Shown piece after piece: positions 19,172 through 28,974 of a stretch of DNA of 54,070 nucleotides (positions within the stretch are counted from its first letter, which is position 1; every line of letters begins with the position of its first letter). The stretch is from a virus (lineage: Duplodnaviria > Caudoviricetes), in the IMG/VR virus record IMGVR_UViG_3300013767_000067, positions 1 through 54,070 of that record, one strand, 5' to 3'. A program made the position numbers and the translations under genes. The notes beneath the pieces are model-generated. The model saw only the letters and a list, made by a program, of their open reading frames with translations, had not been told where the DNA came from and made no database searches.

Positions 19172-19582
19172 TCAGCTCCAGGTCACTTTGCCGGAGATGC
19201 GCAGGCTGGCCGAACTTGCCAACAGTGCATCTACCCCGCCTTTCAGGTCGAAGGACAGCACTAGCGCAGCGAATGTCGCGGCCTTGCCGTTCGGTAGCTC
19301 CAGTTTGAACTGGTGGGTCGCGTCGTCGTTCTGCGCTTCGTCGAGAGCGATTTGGCCCGGGTCGTCGTAGACACGGTTCAGGTCGAACTGAAAGCCGCCG
19401 TTGTCTCGCAGCCCCTTGGCGAACTCCTTGGCCGTCGAGTCCAGGCTGGTGGCATCGAGTTCAGATGCTTTGCCGTCGAAGCCAGAAAAGCTCTTCACCT
19501 CTTTGATCTGGGTGAACGTGCCCGGGCTGCCTACCTGGATGCTCAGCTTGGAGCCTTGAGCGGAGATTGCTTGAGAAGCCAT
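19172..19582 (-). CDS. Tail tube (major tail) protein
   Basis: ELDATSLDSTAKEF..GLRDNG...DPGQIAL...LRISG. Confidence 0.88.
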   Translation of the reverse strand: MASQAISAQGSKLSIQVGSPGTFTQIKEVKSFSGFDGKASELDATSLDSTAKEFAKGLRDNGGFQFDLNRVYDDPGQIALDEAQNDDATHQFKLELPNGKAATFAALVLSFDLKGGVDALLASSASLRISGKVTWS

Positions 19583-19594
19583 ATGGCCCTCCTG

Positions 19595-19990
19595 TCAGAT
19601 GGTGGAATAGCGAATAGTCACGGGCACGTGGTAGCGCCCGTTGTCGGTTTGCGCCGGCGCGATGCTCGGCTCACGAGTGATCCTTGCCGGGCCAACCCAT
19701 GCCCCGGAAGGGAACAGCCCTTGCAGCGCCTCGGCCATTGTTTCGGCGGGGCGCGCGCCCTTGTCGATCGGCGCAAAGACGCTGACCTGGAACAGCCCGA
19801 TTTCGGCCGTGCTGTCATTTTCGAGACTGGTAAGACTGCCTTCACCAGGCAGCAAAAACGTCCGCAGGTACAGCTCGGCGGGCGGTGTGAAAGCAACGTT
19901 CTCGAACGCGATCTTGATCGGCGGGGCCTGTGCTTTGGCCCAGTCGTTTAGCCGCTTCTCGAACGCCGCGCGGATGGTGATCTGCGACAT
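19595..19990 (-). CDS. Tail terminator protein (DUF4128-like)
   Basis: IAFENVAFTPP...GLFQVSVFAP...PVTIRY. Confidence 0.8.
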   Translation of the reverse strand: MSQITIRAAFEKRLNDWAKAQAPPIKIAFENVAFTPPAELYLRTFLLPGEGSLTSLENDSTAEIGLFQVSVFAPIDKGARPAETMAEALQGLFPSGAWVGPARITREPSIAPAQTDNGRYHVPVTIRYSTI

Positions 19991-19991
19991 A

Positions 19992-20372
19992 TCAGGTTCC
20001 GTATTTGGCGACGATCTCAGCGATTGTCAGCTTGACCATGCCAGACGGGGCTTGCATCGAGCTGCCGTGCTCCAGCTTGCCGATGTAGGGCAGGTTGTTG
20101 GTCAGCACCAGCGTGCCCCCATTGGCGAATACGCCGGGGCGGAGGGCCTGCAGCACATCGCCGAGAGCCGCATTGCCGCCCTTGTCGTCGCGTTCGAGCG
20201 TACCGGTGGCGAACGACATGCCAATCTGCCAGTTACCGCGTGCGCGACCGGTATCGACCGGCGTCTTCAGGATCACGCCCCTGAACACCTCGAGCGCGAT
20301 ACGCCGGCAGGCCTTGTCGGCGTTCTCCTTCGCCTTGTCGACGAATTTGCCCAGATCAACGGTAAAGCTCAT
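19992..20372 (-). CDS. HK97 gp10-like neck protein
   Basis: TPVDTGRARGNW...NNLPYI..LEHGSSMQAPSGMV. Confidence 0.88.
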   Translation of the reverse strand: MSFTVDLGKFVDKAKENADKACRRIALEVFRGVILKTPVDTGRARGNWQIGMSFATGTLERDDKGGNAALGDVLQALRPGVFANGGTLVLTNNLPYIGKLEHGSSMQAPSGMVKLTIAEIVAKYGT

Positions 20373-20737
20373 GGTCGCCTCAGATGTAGGTCATACAGGA
20401 CGGGCACGCCGGCCGGCGCGATGGCCTTCACGTTCTTGATCAGCCACAGCCCATCGGCCAACGCCACTTTGTGACCCGGTTCTGGTTGGAACTCGCTCGG
20501 CACCGACATAAGCAGCTGCCGGTCGCCGGCCACAATCAACCCAGACTCGAACACGGCGCCGGCTTGCTGAAGCGAGTAGTCGAAGGCAAGGCCGACAGCC
20601 GGTGCCGTATCAGTCGTAACCGGCGCCTCGCCTAGCTCCGGGTCGTACTCGCCCGACTCTTCGCGTGCCAGGATCACCGGCTGACCATCCTCCTCAAGCG
20701 TCCGGCGCACCTCGTCGGCTTCGGCATTCCAGTCCAT
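20369..20737 (-). CDS. Head closure protein
   Basis: GEYDPELGE...IVAGDRQL...PAGVPVLY; position. Confidence 0.75.
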   Translation of the reverse strand: MDWNAEADEVRRTLEEDGQPVILAREESGEYDPELGEAPVTTDTAPAVGLAFDYSLQQAGAVFESGLIVAGDRQLLMSVPSEFQPEPGHKVALADGLWLIKNVKAIAPAGVPVLYDLHLRRP

Positions 20738-20738
20738 G

Positions 20739-21188
20739 TCAGCCCCTCACCAGCTTTGCCTGGCCGGTGCCAGCAACCAGGCCGCGCAGCAACGCGTCGA
20801 TCACCGGGAAGCGCGCCGTTGCAACCTGCGCATACTCGGTCTTGAGCGGGCCGACCGTCTTGGCGGTAACCACGCGTCCATCGCTGTCGGCGTAGAGCTT
20901 GCCGGTCAGCGCACGTAGCGCGGCCTCGCACTGTGCGTCCTTGAGCCGCTGCGGGATGCCATCGAAGCCGGTTCGCGGCCACTCGAGTGACTGGCCGGCG
21001 TCAACACGCTCGCCGCGGTAGCGGTACTGGGTGTCCACGTACTGAAGAGCACGCCGCAGCGCCCCTTGCTTGACGTCGTCAGCGCCGACCCAGCCGGTAT
21101 TGCCGAGCCCTGCGTGGTAGGCATCTGCTTCGGCCAACGTCACGTAGCTGTCGGCGTCCGGCGCACCTGGCGTGGTGATCAGTGCCAT
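20739..21188 (-). CDS. Head-tail adaptor protein
   Basis: ADSYVTLAEADAYH...QSLEWPR...VGPLKTEY. Confidence 0.8.
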   Translation of the reverse strand: MALITTPGAPDADSYVTLAEADAYHAGLGNTGWVGADDVKQGALRRALQYVDTQYRYRGERVDAGQSLEWPRTGFDGIPQRLKDAQCEAALRALTGKLYADSDGRVVTAKTVGPLKTEYAQVATARFPVIDALLRGLVAGTGQAKLVRG

Positions 21189-21209
21189 TGGCCGCGTCTC
21201 CCGGCTCGG

Positions 21210-21500
21210 TTATTCGGTCTGACCGGCCGCCACGGTGTCAGCAGCGGGAGTTTGGCCAGTAGCTTTATTAGCAGTCGCATCAGCGCCCTCCTCCTGCTTC
21301 AGTGCCTCGTCCAGCAACGCAACCAGATCAGGCTTCTTTGCGCCGTCAGGGAGATCAATTCCAAGCTCGGCCAGCTTTGCCTTGATCTCGGGCACCGTCA
21401 GTTTTGAAGCCACCACCTCTTCGGCGGTACCGGCCGCCACGGTGTCAACGTCCTTTTCCTGCGCCAGACGGCGCATGCGCTGAAATGCAGCAAGTCCCAT
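21210..21500 (-). CDS. HeH/LEM-like domain head accessory protein
   Basis: LTVPEIKAKLAELGIDLPDGAKKPDLVALL after the capsid gene. Confidence 0.65.
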   Translation of the reverse strand: MGLAAFQRMRRLAQEKDVDTVAAGTAEEVVASKLTVPEIKAKLAELGIDLPDGAKKPDLVALLDEALKQEEGADATANKATGQTPAADTVAAGQTE

Positions 21501-21551
21501 TAGGGTCTCCAGAAAGCAGAAAGCCGCCCGAAGGCGGCTCTCTGCGGCCTA

Positions 21552-22499
21552 TCAGGCCAGTTTGTGCTTGAGCGCGACGATGCGGATCTGCTTCGGCTCG
21601 TACACGCGCTCCCAGTTAGTGCCTACAGCCAGGCCGGCGTTGTTCGGCGCAAGACCAGCTGCACCGGCCCACTTCACGCCGCGCGGATGCAGTACGAAGT
21701 GACGGCGGTTGATCAGGATGTCGTCGCCCTGCAGGCTGTCGCGGTCAGTTTCGACCGGTACCGGCGCCGGCACCTCGTGGTAGCCCACCGCGCCCGCGCC
21801 GAACAGGTAGGAGGTGTGGACCCCACCGGATACCGGCATACCGTCGTCGACGATGACGCGCTTGCCCATGTAGGTCGCGTACAGGATGTTGCCGTCCGCG
21901 TCCTTCACGTACTCGATCAGGTTGTCCTTCACGAGCTTCGCCATGGTGGACGAGTGCATCGCGATCGCGACCAGCTGGTCGGAGTTGTCTCCGAGCTTGT
22001 AGGCCGCATCAACGATGACTTTGGAGTCGATCACCGCCGCTGCGCCGGCACCGCCGGAGATGTCATGCAGGTTGCCGGACATGCTTGCTGCCGCGAACAC
22101 GCCCTTGAGCTCAGCGATCAACATTTTCTGCATCTCGCGGGTCCAGTAGCCAGCCGACAGATCGGCAATGGCGTTCAGCGGGTCGGAGCCGGCAAGCGCC
22201 TGAGCCAAGTCATTGGCGCCCCAGGCCTTGCCTCGGGCATGCAGTACCGCGACGTCGGCGCCGGCCTGAATCTTGTTGACGCCGAGCGGGGTCGAGTCCG
22301 ACAGCACCTCCGATTCGCCGCTCAGGTCGGGCCAGAACGGCATGGTGATCAGTGCGCCACCCTTCTGGCCGAGCAGCGCTGCTTCCGGCACGTCGGAGAT
22401 GATGCCCGACTGCCAGAGCGCCGATTTCTCGACGGTGCGGTTGATGACATAGGGGGTATAGATTTCCGGGACGATGACGTCCGCGATACGTACGGTCAT
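21552..22499 (-). CDS. Major capsid protein (SPP1 gp13-like)
   Basis: IADVIVPEIY...MPFWPDL...VETDRD...HPRGVKW...NWERVYEPKQI. Confidence 0.9.
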   Translation of the reverse strand: MTVRIADVIVPEIYTPYVINRTVEKSALWQSGIISDVPEAALLGQKGGALITMPFWPDLSGESEVLSDSTPLGVNKIQAGADVAVLHARGKAWGANDLAQALAGSDPLNAIADLSAGYWTREMQKMLIAELKGVFAAASMSGNLHDISGGAGAAAVIDSKVIVDAAYKLGDNSDQLVAIAMHSSTMAKLVKDNLIEYVKDADGNILYATYMGKRVIVDDGMPVSGGVHTSYLFGAGAVGYHEVPAPVPVETDRDSLQGDDILINRRHFVLHPRGVKWAGAAGLAPNNAGLAVGTNWERVYEPKQIRIVALKHKLA

Positions 22500-22510
22500 G
22501 GATCAGATCC

Positions 22511-23287
22511 TTAGAGTTTCACGCCGGCCTGTTCCGCCAACTGGCGAGCCCGCGCGGGGTTTTCACGGAAAAGCTGGGCTTGCTCGGTCATGTTCCACTG
22601 GTCTTTCGACCAGGGGTTCTTAGCCGAGCCTCCACCCGTACCGCTACCGGCGCCACCACCTTGCGTGGCCGGCCACCAGTGCGGAGCTTTGTCTTTCATG
22701 TCGCCAAACCACTCTTTGAGGGTCAGCGGTTTGCCATCCTTGCCGAACGCCCCTTCCACGGCGGCGGGATTGCCCTCACCGTCGAGCTGGAAAGTGGTTT
22801 GAGCTCGGAATAGGGCGTCTTCGATGGCGTGTTGATGCAGCCCAGCAACGGATGCTTCAGCGCGAATGGAGTTTTCCAGCACGCGTGCGGTGAACTTTGC
22901 CGCTCGCTCATCTGCCGCTTTTGCTGCGTCATTGGCCATCTGCACATCCTTCTCGAATGCGGCCTTCATGCGCTCGGTGCGCTTGGCCAACACTTCGTCG
23001 ACCTTGCCCGAGGCGATCAGCTTTGCCTCTTCGTCGTCGGCGAACTTGGCGAGGATCCCGCGCACCGCCTCCGGGTCGATGTCCTTGAAGCGCTCGTTCA
23101 GTTCGCGAACCTGCTTCTGCGCCTCACGCGCAGCCAGGCGCTCTTTTTCGAGTGCGGACTTCAGTCCCGAAGAGTCTTCGAGCCCCTCCACAACAAGCCG
23201 GAACTTCCCGTCCTCGGACTGCTGGTATAGCGATTTCAGGCCTTCTTCCAGCCCATCCAGGCTGTCAACGACTGCTTTCAGTGCCAT
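22511..23287 (-). CDS. Capsid scaffolding protein
   Basis: Coiled coil; GGGAGSG...KNPWSKDQWNMTEQ tail; precedes capsid gene. Confidence 0.8.
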   Translation of the reverse strand: MALKAVVDSLDGLEEGLKSLYQQSEDGKFRLVVEGLEDSSGLKSALEKERLAAREAQKQVRELNERFKDIDPEAVRGILAKFADDEEAKLIASGKVDEVLAKRTERMKAAFEKDVQMANDAAKAADERAAKFTARVLENSIRAEASVAGLHQHAIEDALFRAQTTFQLDGEGNPAAVEGAFGKDGKPLTLKEWFGDMKDKAPHWWPATQGGGAGSGTGGGSAKNPWSKDQWNMTEQAQLFRENPARARQLAEQAGVKL

Positions 23288-23392
23288 TTGCTACCTTTCG
23301 GGCATCTCGCCCACGTTGATGGCCGGCATCTCGCCGGAATGCAAAAAGCCCGCCAGCGATGTGCTGACGGGCTTTTCTGTTTTCGAACCGAT

Positions 23393-23608
23393 TTAACCGA
23401 TCCGGAGTAGCTCGATCTTGATGAGTGGGTAAGGGGGATCGGGGTCTAGGTGTAAGCGCACAAGTTGGTAGCCATCGGGCACCAACGCAACTAGCGCTTC
23501 ATACTCGACTTCCTCGAGGCCTTCCCACTTGATAAACGTCCTCTTGCCCAGGCCTACGCGGTGCAGGCGCTGTTTTAGGTCTTCCCTGGTCGGTATCTTT
23601 TCGTCCAT
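23393..23608 (-). CDS. Hypothetical protein
   Basis: 71-aa ORF followed by bidirectional terminator at 23343-23376. Confidence 0.55.
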   Translation of the reverse strand: MDEKIPTREDLKQRLHRVGLGKRTFIKWEGLEEVEYEALVALVPDGYQLVRLHLDPDPPYPLIKIELLRIG

Positions 23609-23626
23609 GGAGCACCCCCTCAGTGA

Positions 23627-23866
23627 TCAGCCAAGTTTCTGAATCGGTTTCCCGATTTCCATCTTCGCCTCGCACTTGCGCAGGAAATCCGGTTCCTCGC
23701 TCAGATGGTGCTGCAGGACGAGCAATGGCTTTGGTGCACCGGCCCAAGCGAGTATCCACACCTGCTTCGCCACGGCGTCAGGGTGCACGTCGTAGACGCT
23801 GGCCAGCGTAAGCGCTGCGTCAACGTGCTCGGGGTATTCGGCGCGAAGCCGTTCGAGATCAGTCAT
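23627..23866 (-). CDS. Hypothetical protein
   Basis: 79-aa ORF directly after muF. Confidence 0.55.
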   Translation of the reverse strand: MTDLERLRAEYPEHVDAALTLASVYDVHPDAVAKQVWILAWAGAPKPLLVLQHHLSEEPDFLRKCEAKMEIGKPIQKLG

Positions 23867-23875
23867 GCCATCATT

Positions 23876-24877
23876 CTAGCCGTGTCTGGCACGAAGTTGT
23901 TCCAGCGTAAGCGGCCGGCCGGATTGGTCGAGCAGGTCTGTCAGTGTGATCGTGCCTTTGCGCCACAACCCAGCCTTACCGGGCCCGAGGATCGCGTCCT
24001 GCTGCTCGGCGGTCTTGGTCTCTAGCCAGTCGGCGAAAGTCCAATTCGCCGGAACCTGGCCTTCAGCACTGGCCTGCGTCCCGTCGATCTTCTCGTGCTC
24101 GTCCAGCAGGGGCACCAGCGTCGACCGGCACGCCCAGTGCAGTGGCAGCATGGCGAACGGGATGCTATGCCCGATCGGCCGGCGTTGCATGTCCCAGCGC
24201 TTACCGGAGCGCGCCATGCACTGCTCGGAGGTTCGCCCATCCAGCACGCTCAGGTGCATGAAGCCGGCCAGAATGTCGTCGTTGGCTTGATAGGTCAGCA
24301 GTCGAGCACCGTTCGAGACGGCTTGCACGCTGGTGCGCACCAGCGAATCGGCGCTGCGCATACTGGTCTTGAACGCATCGCGCACCTGGCGGGCCAGGTC
24401 ATCGTTCGTTCGTCCCTCGATCACACCCTGGCGGATCAAGTTGGTGAACTGGAACTGCGTTGCCGACTCCTGGCGCTGCCACCATTCGGCCGACGGCGCG
24501 CCGAGGATCAGCGTGTTGTCGACCAGTGCGGCAAGCTGGTCCGGCACAGGGATGCCGCCAAGCTTCACGCCCAAGCCGATCTGTACGGACTTCACCGCAA
24601 ACCGCGCTTCGAGCGAGGCCAGTTCCTGCAGGTGCTCGCGACTGTCCTGCCCTACCTGCCCGTAGACTTCGCCGATCACTGCGTTGACGTCGGCAATCAA
24701 CGCCTTGACTCGACGCTGACGGAAGCCGGTGAATTCTGAGAAATCGGCGTCAGCCAGCACTGCAAGCAACTGCCGCTGTGCATCGGTCAGCATCGTGTTG
24801 ACGCGCTTCCGCATGCCGGCATCGAATCTCAGCAGGTCAATGCTGCGGCCGGTGATCAGATCGAGAAGCTCGTTCAT
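23876..24877 (-). CDS. Minor head morphogenesis protein (MuF / SPP1 gp7-like)
   Basis: SVLDGRTSEQC...PLHWACRSTLVP...ILGPGKA..LTLEQL. Confidence 0.88.
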   Translation of the reverse strand: MNELLDLITGRSIDLLRFDAGMRKRVNTMLTDAQRQLLAVLADADFSEFTGFRQRRVKALIADVNAVIGEVYGQVGQDSREHLQELASLEARFAVKSVQIGLGVKLGGIPVPDQLAALVDNTLILGAPSAEWWQRQESATQFQFTNLIRQGVIEGRTNDDLARQVRDAFKTSMRSADSLVRTSVQAVSNGARLLTYQANDDILAGFMHLSVLDGRTSEQCMARSGKRWDMQRRPIGHSIPFAMLPLHWACRSTLVPLLDEHEKIDGTQASAEGQVPANWTFADWLETKTAEQQDAILGPGKAGLWRKGTITLTDLLDQSGRPLTLEQLRARHG

Positions 24878-26250
24878 GGCGTCACCGGTGCCTGATTGGT
24901 GATCCGTTCCTGTTCCGTTGCCCAGTCGAGATCATCGGACACTAAGCCGCGGCGCTTGGCCTCGTTGAAGGCGGTTTCATTCGACAGCGTGCTCGCGACG
25001 ACCATCTTCAACAGCACCTCCATGGTTTGAGCCGGCGCATTGTCCGCGTCCAGATCAGCTTCGACACCGAGGTGGCCACCATCATCACCGAGGCCCATCC
25101 ACTTGGCGCAGTAGTCCAGCACCCGGTCGAGCGAGTCCTCGAGGTTCTGCGCCATCATGCCGAGCTGGCTGACCTCTTTGGCCTTTTCATCCTTGGCCTG
25201 GCTCTCGGCCATCGACAGCACCGTCTTGGTGAGCAGCTTGGCGCCGGCGGTCTTCATCTGCTCTTCGAGCGCTGCCAGCGATTCCTGCCCGGCCTGAATG
25301 GCAGCGCCACCGTGCTCGACGTACTTGAGGTCGCCGCCGGCGGGCAGATCGATCAACGACTTGCCAATCTGCATGTCAGCCGCAGGCTGACCGTTGTCGT
25401 CGTAGCGCTGCTCGGCACCAATACGAGCCAGCAGCGGTACTCGTGCGGTGTGCAGAATCGTGTCCTGGTCGGACTGTGACTGCCAGTGCTTCACGTTCAG
25501 GTGCGCCAGCTCCAACAGCGGCGGCTTGCCCTGCATGAAGCCGGTGCGGTTGGCGTACAGCGTCACCAGAGGGATCGACGGCAGCGAGGTCGCGAAATCG
25601 TCGTGCAATGCCCAAACGCCATCCTTGTTCTTGCGGTACAACCGGCAGCGGCCTGGTTCAAGCACGCGGATCTGCTCGACTACCTTTTCGCCGAACTCGC
25701 CATCGACCTCTGTAACCGCCTCTTGGAAACGGAACTGCACCAGCTGCTCGACGCCGGCCAGCTTCTGCGAGCGCCACCCCAGCACTTGGGCCGGCTTGAT
25801 CTGCACCAGGTACGGGCGTGCACCGCTCGCCAACTCGTCGGCCTTGGTTCTCGCCGCCTCAGTCCGCGGGTAATCGACCAGTACATGGCACAGCCCATAG
25901 TTCAGCGCACTCTCGAACCAGTCACGGCCAAAGACGTGAATGTTCCGGCCCTCTAGGTCGACATTACTCAGGATGTTGCCTGCAATGCCCTCTGGCACGT
26001 CCTCTCCGACCTGCAGCGGCTTGGCAAACACCCGGCCGGTCATGGTGGCGATCGTCTCGCTGTAGGCTGGGAAAAGCGTTGCGACTTTCACCCGTGCGTC
26101 GTAGTCCTGACGATCCTCCATAGGCCAGCGCGGCATGTACTTCTCGCCGGCAGAGCGCATAGCACTCGTGCCGCCATTGAGATCGTCAACCAGGCGCCAA
26201 TTTGCTTCCATGTCGGCCACGGCCTTCATTTTGGTCGATACGTCGGCCAT
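24874..26250 (-). CDS. Portal protein (DUF4055-type)
   Basis: GGTSAMRSAGEKYMP...KPPLLELAHLNVKHWQSQSD; between terL and muF. Confidence 0.88.
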   Translation of the reverse strand: MADVSTKMKAVADMEANWRLVDDLNGGTSAMRSAGEKYMPRWPMEDRQDYDARVKVATLFPAYSETIATMTGRVFAKPLQVGEDVPEGIAGNILSNVDLEGRNIHVFGRDWFESALNYGLCHVLVDYPRTEAARTKADELASGARPYLVQIKPAQVLGWRSQKLAGVEQLVQFRFQEAVTEVDGEFGEKVVEQIRVLEPGRCRLYRKNKDGVWALHDDFATSLPSIPLVTLYANRTGFMQGKPPLLELAHLNVKHWQSQSDQDTILHTARVPLLARIGAEQRYDDNGQPAADMQIGKSLIDLPAGGDLKYVEHGGAAIQAGQESLAALEEQMKTAGAKLLTKTVLSMAESQAKDEKAKEVSQLGMMAQNLEDSLDRVLDYCAKWMGLGDDGGHLGVEADLDADNAPAQTMEVLLKMVVASTLSNETAFNEAKRRGLVSDDLDWATEQERITNQAPVTP

Positions 26251-26253
26251 GGG

Positions 26254-27522
26254 TTACATCCTCAGTTTCTGCTGGGTAGCAATGCGCTTAACGATCGGGA
26301 ACAGCCGGACAATCGGGTACGTGCCAGCATCGTTCACGTGGTCGACTCCACTCGACTTGTCCGGCTCGCCATTTGAGTCGTAGGCCTGCTGCTCCAGCCC
26401 TTCGGTGAACTTCGGGCACCGGTGCGTGTTGACCTTCATGCGTCGCTCGCCATCGGCGTTCAACAGCATGGCGTTGGTGGCGAGCACGCGGTCTTTTACC
26501 GCGGGGTTACTGCCAGTCACATTGAGCGTGAACCCAGCATGGCGCAGAATAGACAGGTCCGACTCGCTCGCCTTCTTGCTGCTCGTGTTCTGGCCAGAGG
26601 CATCCGGATAGATCGTGATCGCCCGGTTCGGCCAACGCTCCTTGATCAGCCGCGCCATCTCCGGCGTGTCGCGCACATCCACCAGTTCGTCAACGGCCAA
26701 CGGGCAACCGTCGCGGATCACATAGATCACTGCAGCCATCTTCAGCACGTTGAAGTCCATGCCGATGTGCAGCGGCTCGCCGTCGGCCATTTCCGCTTCG
26801 GTGTGATTTAGCCGGCGGTCGAAACTTGGGTAGACCGACCCGCTCGTCAGGTTGACGAACTGGCCACGCAGGTAGGCGTCGATCAGCTGCGGCGGATAGG
26901 ACTCGAACAGCGACGGTATGTAGTCGGCGGGCAGGTTCAGAGCGTTGTCGTAGGTGCTCGCCTGAATCAGCCCATACATGCCACCAAGCGTCGGCTTGGC
27001 GCGCAGCTGCTTCACGAACTGCTCGTAGACGAATTTGAAGCCTTCAGGCGTCGTGGTGACGTCGACCCCATTCTTGAGGCCGTCCACGTTGTAGCGCATA
27101 CGGGCGATGATCTTGCGCCAGGCGGCGCGCGCCTTGTCGGCCTTCATCACGTCCAGCTCGTCGCACAGCGCCTTGCCGATCTTGAAGCCCACGATCGTCT
27201 CGGGCTTCTCCATCGACCGGCAGATGACCGTGCCGCGCGACTTGCGCCCCTCGAAAACGTGGACTTCCTTGTTGCTCTCGTTGATCGAGACCTTCAGGCC
27301 CCAGTCAGCGGCCACCTCCTCCACCGTCGGGTAGAAGATGTCGCGAATCTGCGGGTAGGTAGGCGCGAAGTAGCCGGCGTTGATCCGGGGGAACTCCCAG
27401 AAGTGCTGCATCAAGCCACCGCAGCCGACCCAGGTCTTGCCCGAGCCGAAGCCGGCCACATAGGCGCGGAACTTGTGCGGCAGGGACAGGAAATGCGACT
27501 GGGGGATGTTAAGGCTCGGCAT
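26254..27522 (-). CDS. terL: Terminase large subunit
   Basis: Walker A AGFGSGKT, Walker B LCDE, TTTPEG, nuclease IGMDFN...DHVNDA. Confidence 0.93.
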   Translation of the reverse strand: MPSLNIPQSHFLSLPHKFRAYVAGFGSGKTWVGCGGLMQHFWEFPRINAGYFAPTYPQIRDIFYPTVEEVAADWGLKVSINESNKEVHVFEGRKSRGTVICRSMEKPETIVGFKIGKALCDELDVMKADKARAAWRKIIARMRYNVDGLKNGVDVTTTPEGFKFVYEQFVKQLRAKPTLGGMYGLIQASTYDNALNLPADYIPSLFESYPPQLIDAYLRGQFVNLTSGSVYPSFDRRLNHTEAEMADGEPLHIGMDFNVLKMAAVIYVIRDGCPLAVDELVDVRDTPEMARLIKERWPNRAITIYPDASGQNTSSKKASESDLSILRHAGFTLNVTGSNPAVKDRVLATNAMLLNADGERRMKVNTHRCPKFTEGLEQQAYDSNGEPDKSSGVDHVNDAGTYPIVRLFPIVKRIATQQKLRM

Positions 27523-28252
27523 CCGGCTTCCTCGCGTCCTTCACCTCGACAACGACCCTGACCGGTGTTGGCGGCGCATCGTCCGGATCGTCCAGCTGCT
27601 TGCGCAGTCGTTCGTTCTCCATCCGTTTGCGTTCGACATCGTGCCGGCTTTCGAACATGCCGAGGTGCCGGGCTACGTTTTCCAGCGCCCTGGAGCGGTC
27701 CTCCATGAGCACCTGCAGCCCATCCTTGCTGAGCTTTACGCCAGCATAGAGCTGCCTTGCCGGCCCACTGAGCCGTCGCGTGTCATGGACGTGAATCTTG
27801 CCGCGCCCTTCCCCGCTGCACTCCGGGCACTCTGGATTGGGCTCGCGCGTGGCGACATAGCCGAATCCTCCAGAGCACTCCGGCGAGTCATCACCCTTGT
27901 CCTCAGCCTCTCGCTGCGCCTTCTCGTACTCGCCTTCCGTCCACTGGTACTGGTGGCCTTTGCCCCAGCAGTGGCGGCAGTTGTCGCGGCGGTACTCGAT
28001 CAGCTCGTTGACGTCGACGTTGGCGAGTTCCCACCAGCGCTGCAGCACCTTTTCCGGGGTAATGCCGGTCGCCTTGGCCATTTGCTTCTGTCGAACAGCA
28101 ATCGCGGCCTGGACCATAACATTTGATAACAGACGGCTCGATTGCTCCTGTGCCGTCTTTGGGCTGTATTTCGCCCTGATCGCCGCTTGCGTAGCGTTGA
28201 GGTCTATCAGGTACTCGTCTACGAAGCAGCGCTGCTTTGCTGTCAGTGCCAT
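27509..28252 (-). CDS. terS: Terminase small subunit with Cys-rich insertion
   Basis: LTAKQRCFVDEYLIDLNATQAAIRA; CRHC...CPEC insert; ALENVARHLGMF. Confidence 0.9.
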   Translation of the reverse strand: MALTAKQRCFVDEYLIDLNATQAAIRAKYSPKTAQEQSSRLLSNVMVQAAIAVRQKQMAKATGITPEKVLQRWWELANVDVNELIEYRRDNCRHCWGKGHQYQWTEGEYEKAQREAEDKGDDSPECSGGFGYVATREPNPECPECSGEGRGKIHVHDTRRLSGPARQLYAGVKLSKDGLQVLMEDRSRALENVARHLGMFESRHDVERKRMENERLRKQLDDPDDAPPTPVRVVVEVKDARKPDAEP

Positions 28253-28336
28253 TTCGCAGCCTTAGTTGTTGGGGCGCCCGCCAGCCGGCACGCACTCAAG
28301 CGTTTATCCGTTCAGGACCGGTGGCGGGCAAAGGGG

Positions 28337-28480
28337 TTACTGGCAGCTCTCGCACTCGCCATCCAGGTTGCAGGCCGGAGCGCCGAGCGGGAAATCGTCC
28401 GGGTCACTCACGGACTGCTGACTCTCAGCGGCAGCCTCTGCCGCGCGCTCGTCGAACTCCACAAGGTTTCCGTACAGCAT
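28337..28480 (-). CDS. 47-aa acidic peptide ending ACNLDGECESCQ
   Basis: AGGAG RBS before ATG; MLYGNLVEFDERAAEAAAESQQSVSDPDDFPLGAPACNLDGECESCQ*; below ORF-track cutoff. Confidence 0.7.
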   Translation of the reverse strand: MLYGNLVEFDERAAEAAAESQQSVSDPDDFPLGAPACNLDGECESCQ

Positions 28481-28488
28481 GGCGACTC

Positions 28489-28650
28489 CTAGCGATGTTC
28501 GATAATCATGGCGCGACGAATCATTCGATCAACCTTCTCCATGTCAGGCTTCAGACCGGTCAGCTTGGAGATGGCACGCACGCCGAGCAAGTACGACGCA
28601 AACCACCAGCGAAACCGTACGTGCATCGTGATGCACCGAGGATTTGACAT
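28489..28650 (-). CDS. 53-aa hypothetical protein
   Basis: AGGAGG RBS; MSNPRCITMHVRFRWWFASYLLGV... Confidence 0.6.
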   Translation of the reverse strand: MSNPRCITMHVRFRWWFASYLLGVRAISKLTGLKPDMEKVDRMIRRAMIIEHR

Positions 28651-28658
28651 GGCGCCTC

Positions 28659-28856
28659 CTAGAGATCGATCTTGGTTTCCAACTCACGAACGACGCCGAT
28701 TACCGCCGAGATACAAACAAGAGCGAGCAGCGTCACGGCAATGCCCCAAACCCACCCAGGCGCCTGAAGCTTGTCGAGCAGGAGATAGACCGCAATCGCG
28801 AATGTCACAGGAAGACGAGTTGGCAATTGCGAACGGTGGATGACTTTGTTGCTCAT
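28659..28856 (-). CDS. Small two-TM membrane protein
   Basis: GGAG RBS; two hydrophobic segments. Confidence 0.6.
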   Translation of the reverse strand: MSNKVIHRSQLPTRLPVTFAIAVYLLLDKLQAPGWVWGIAVTLLALVCISAVIGVVRELETKIDL

Positions 28857-28974
28857 GCCAGCTCCAGAAATAGAAACGCCCCGCAGATGCGAGGCGAATG
28901 GGTTGCAGCGTTATACCTGCCCGTTGTGAACCGGGCCTGAGATGGGATCACCCCCTAACGCGCGCCAGAAATGC

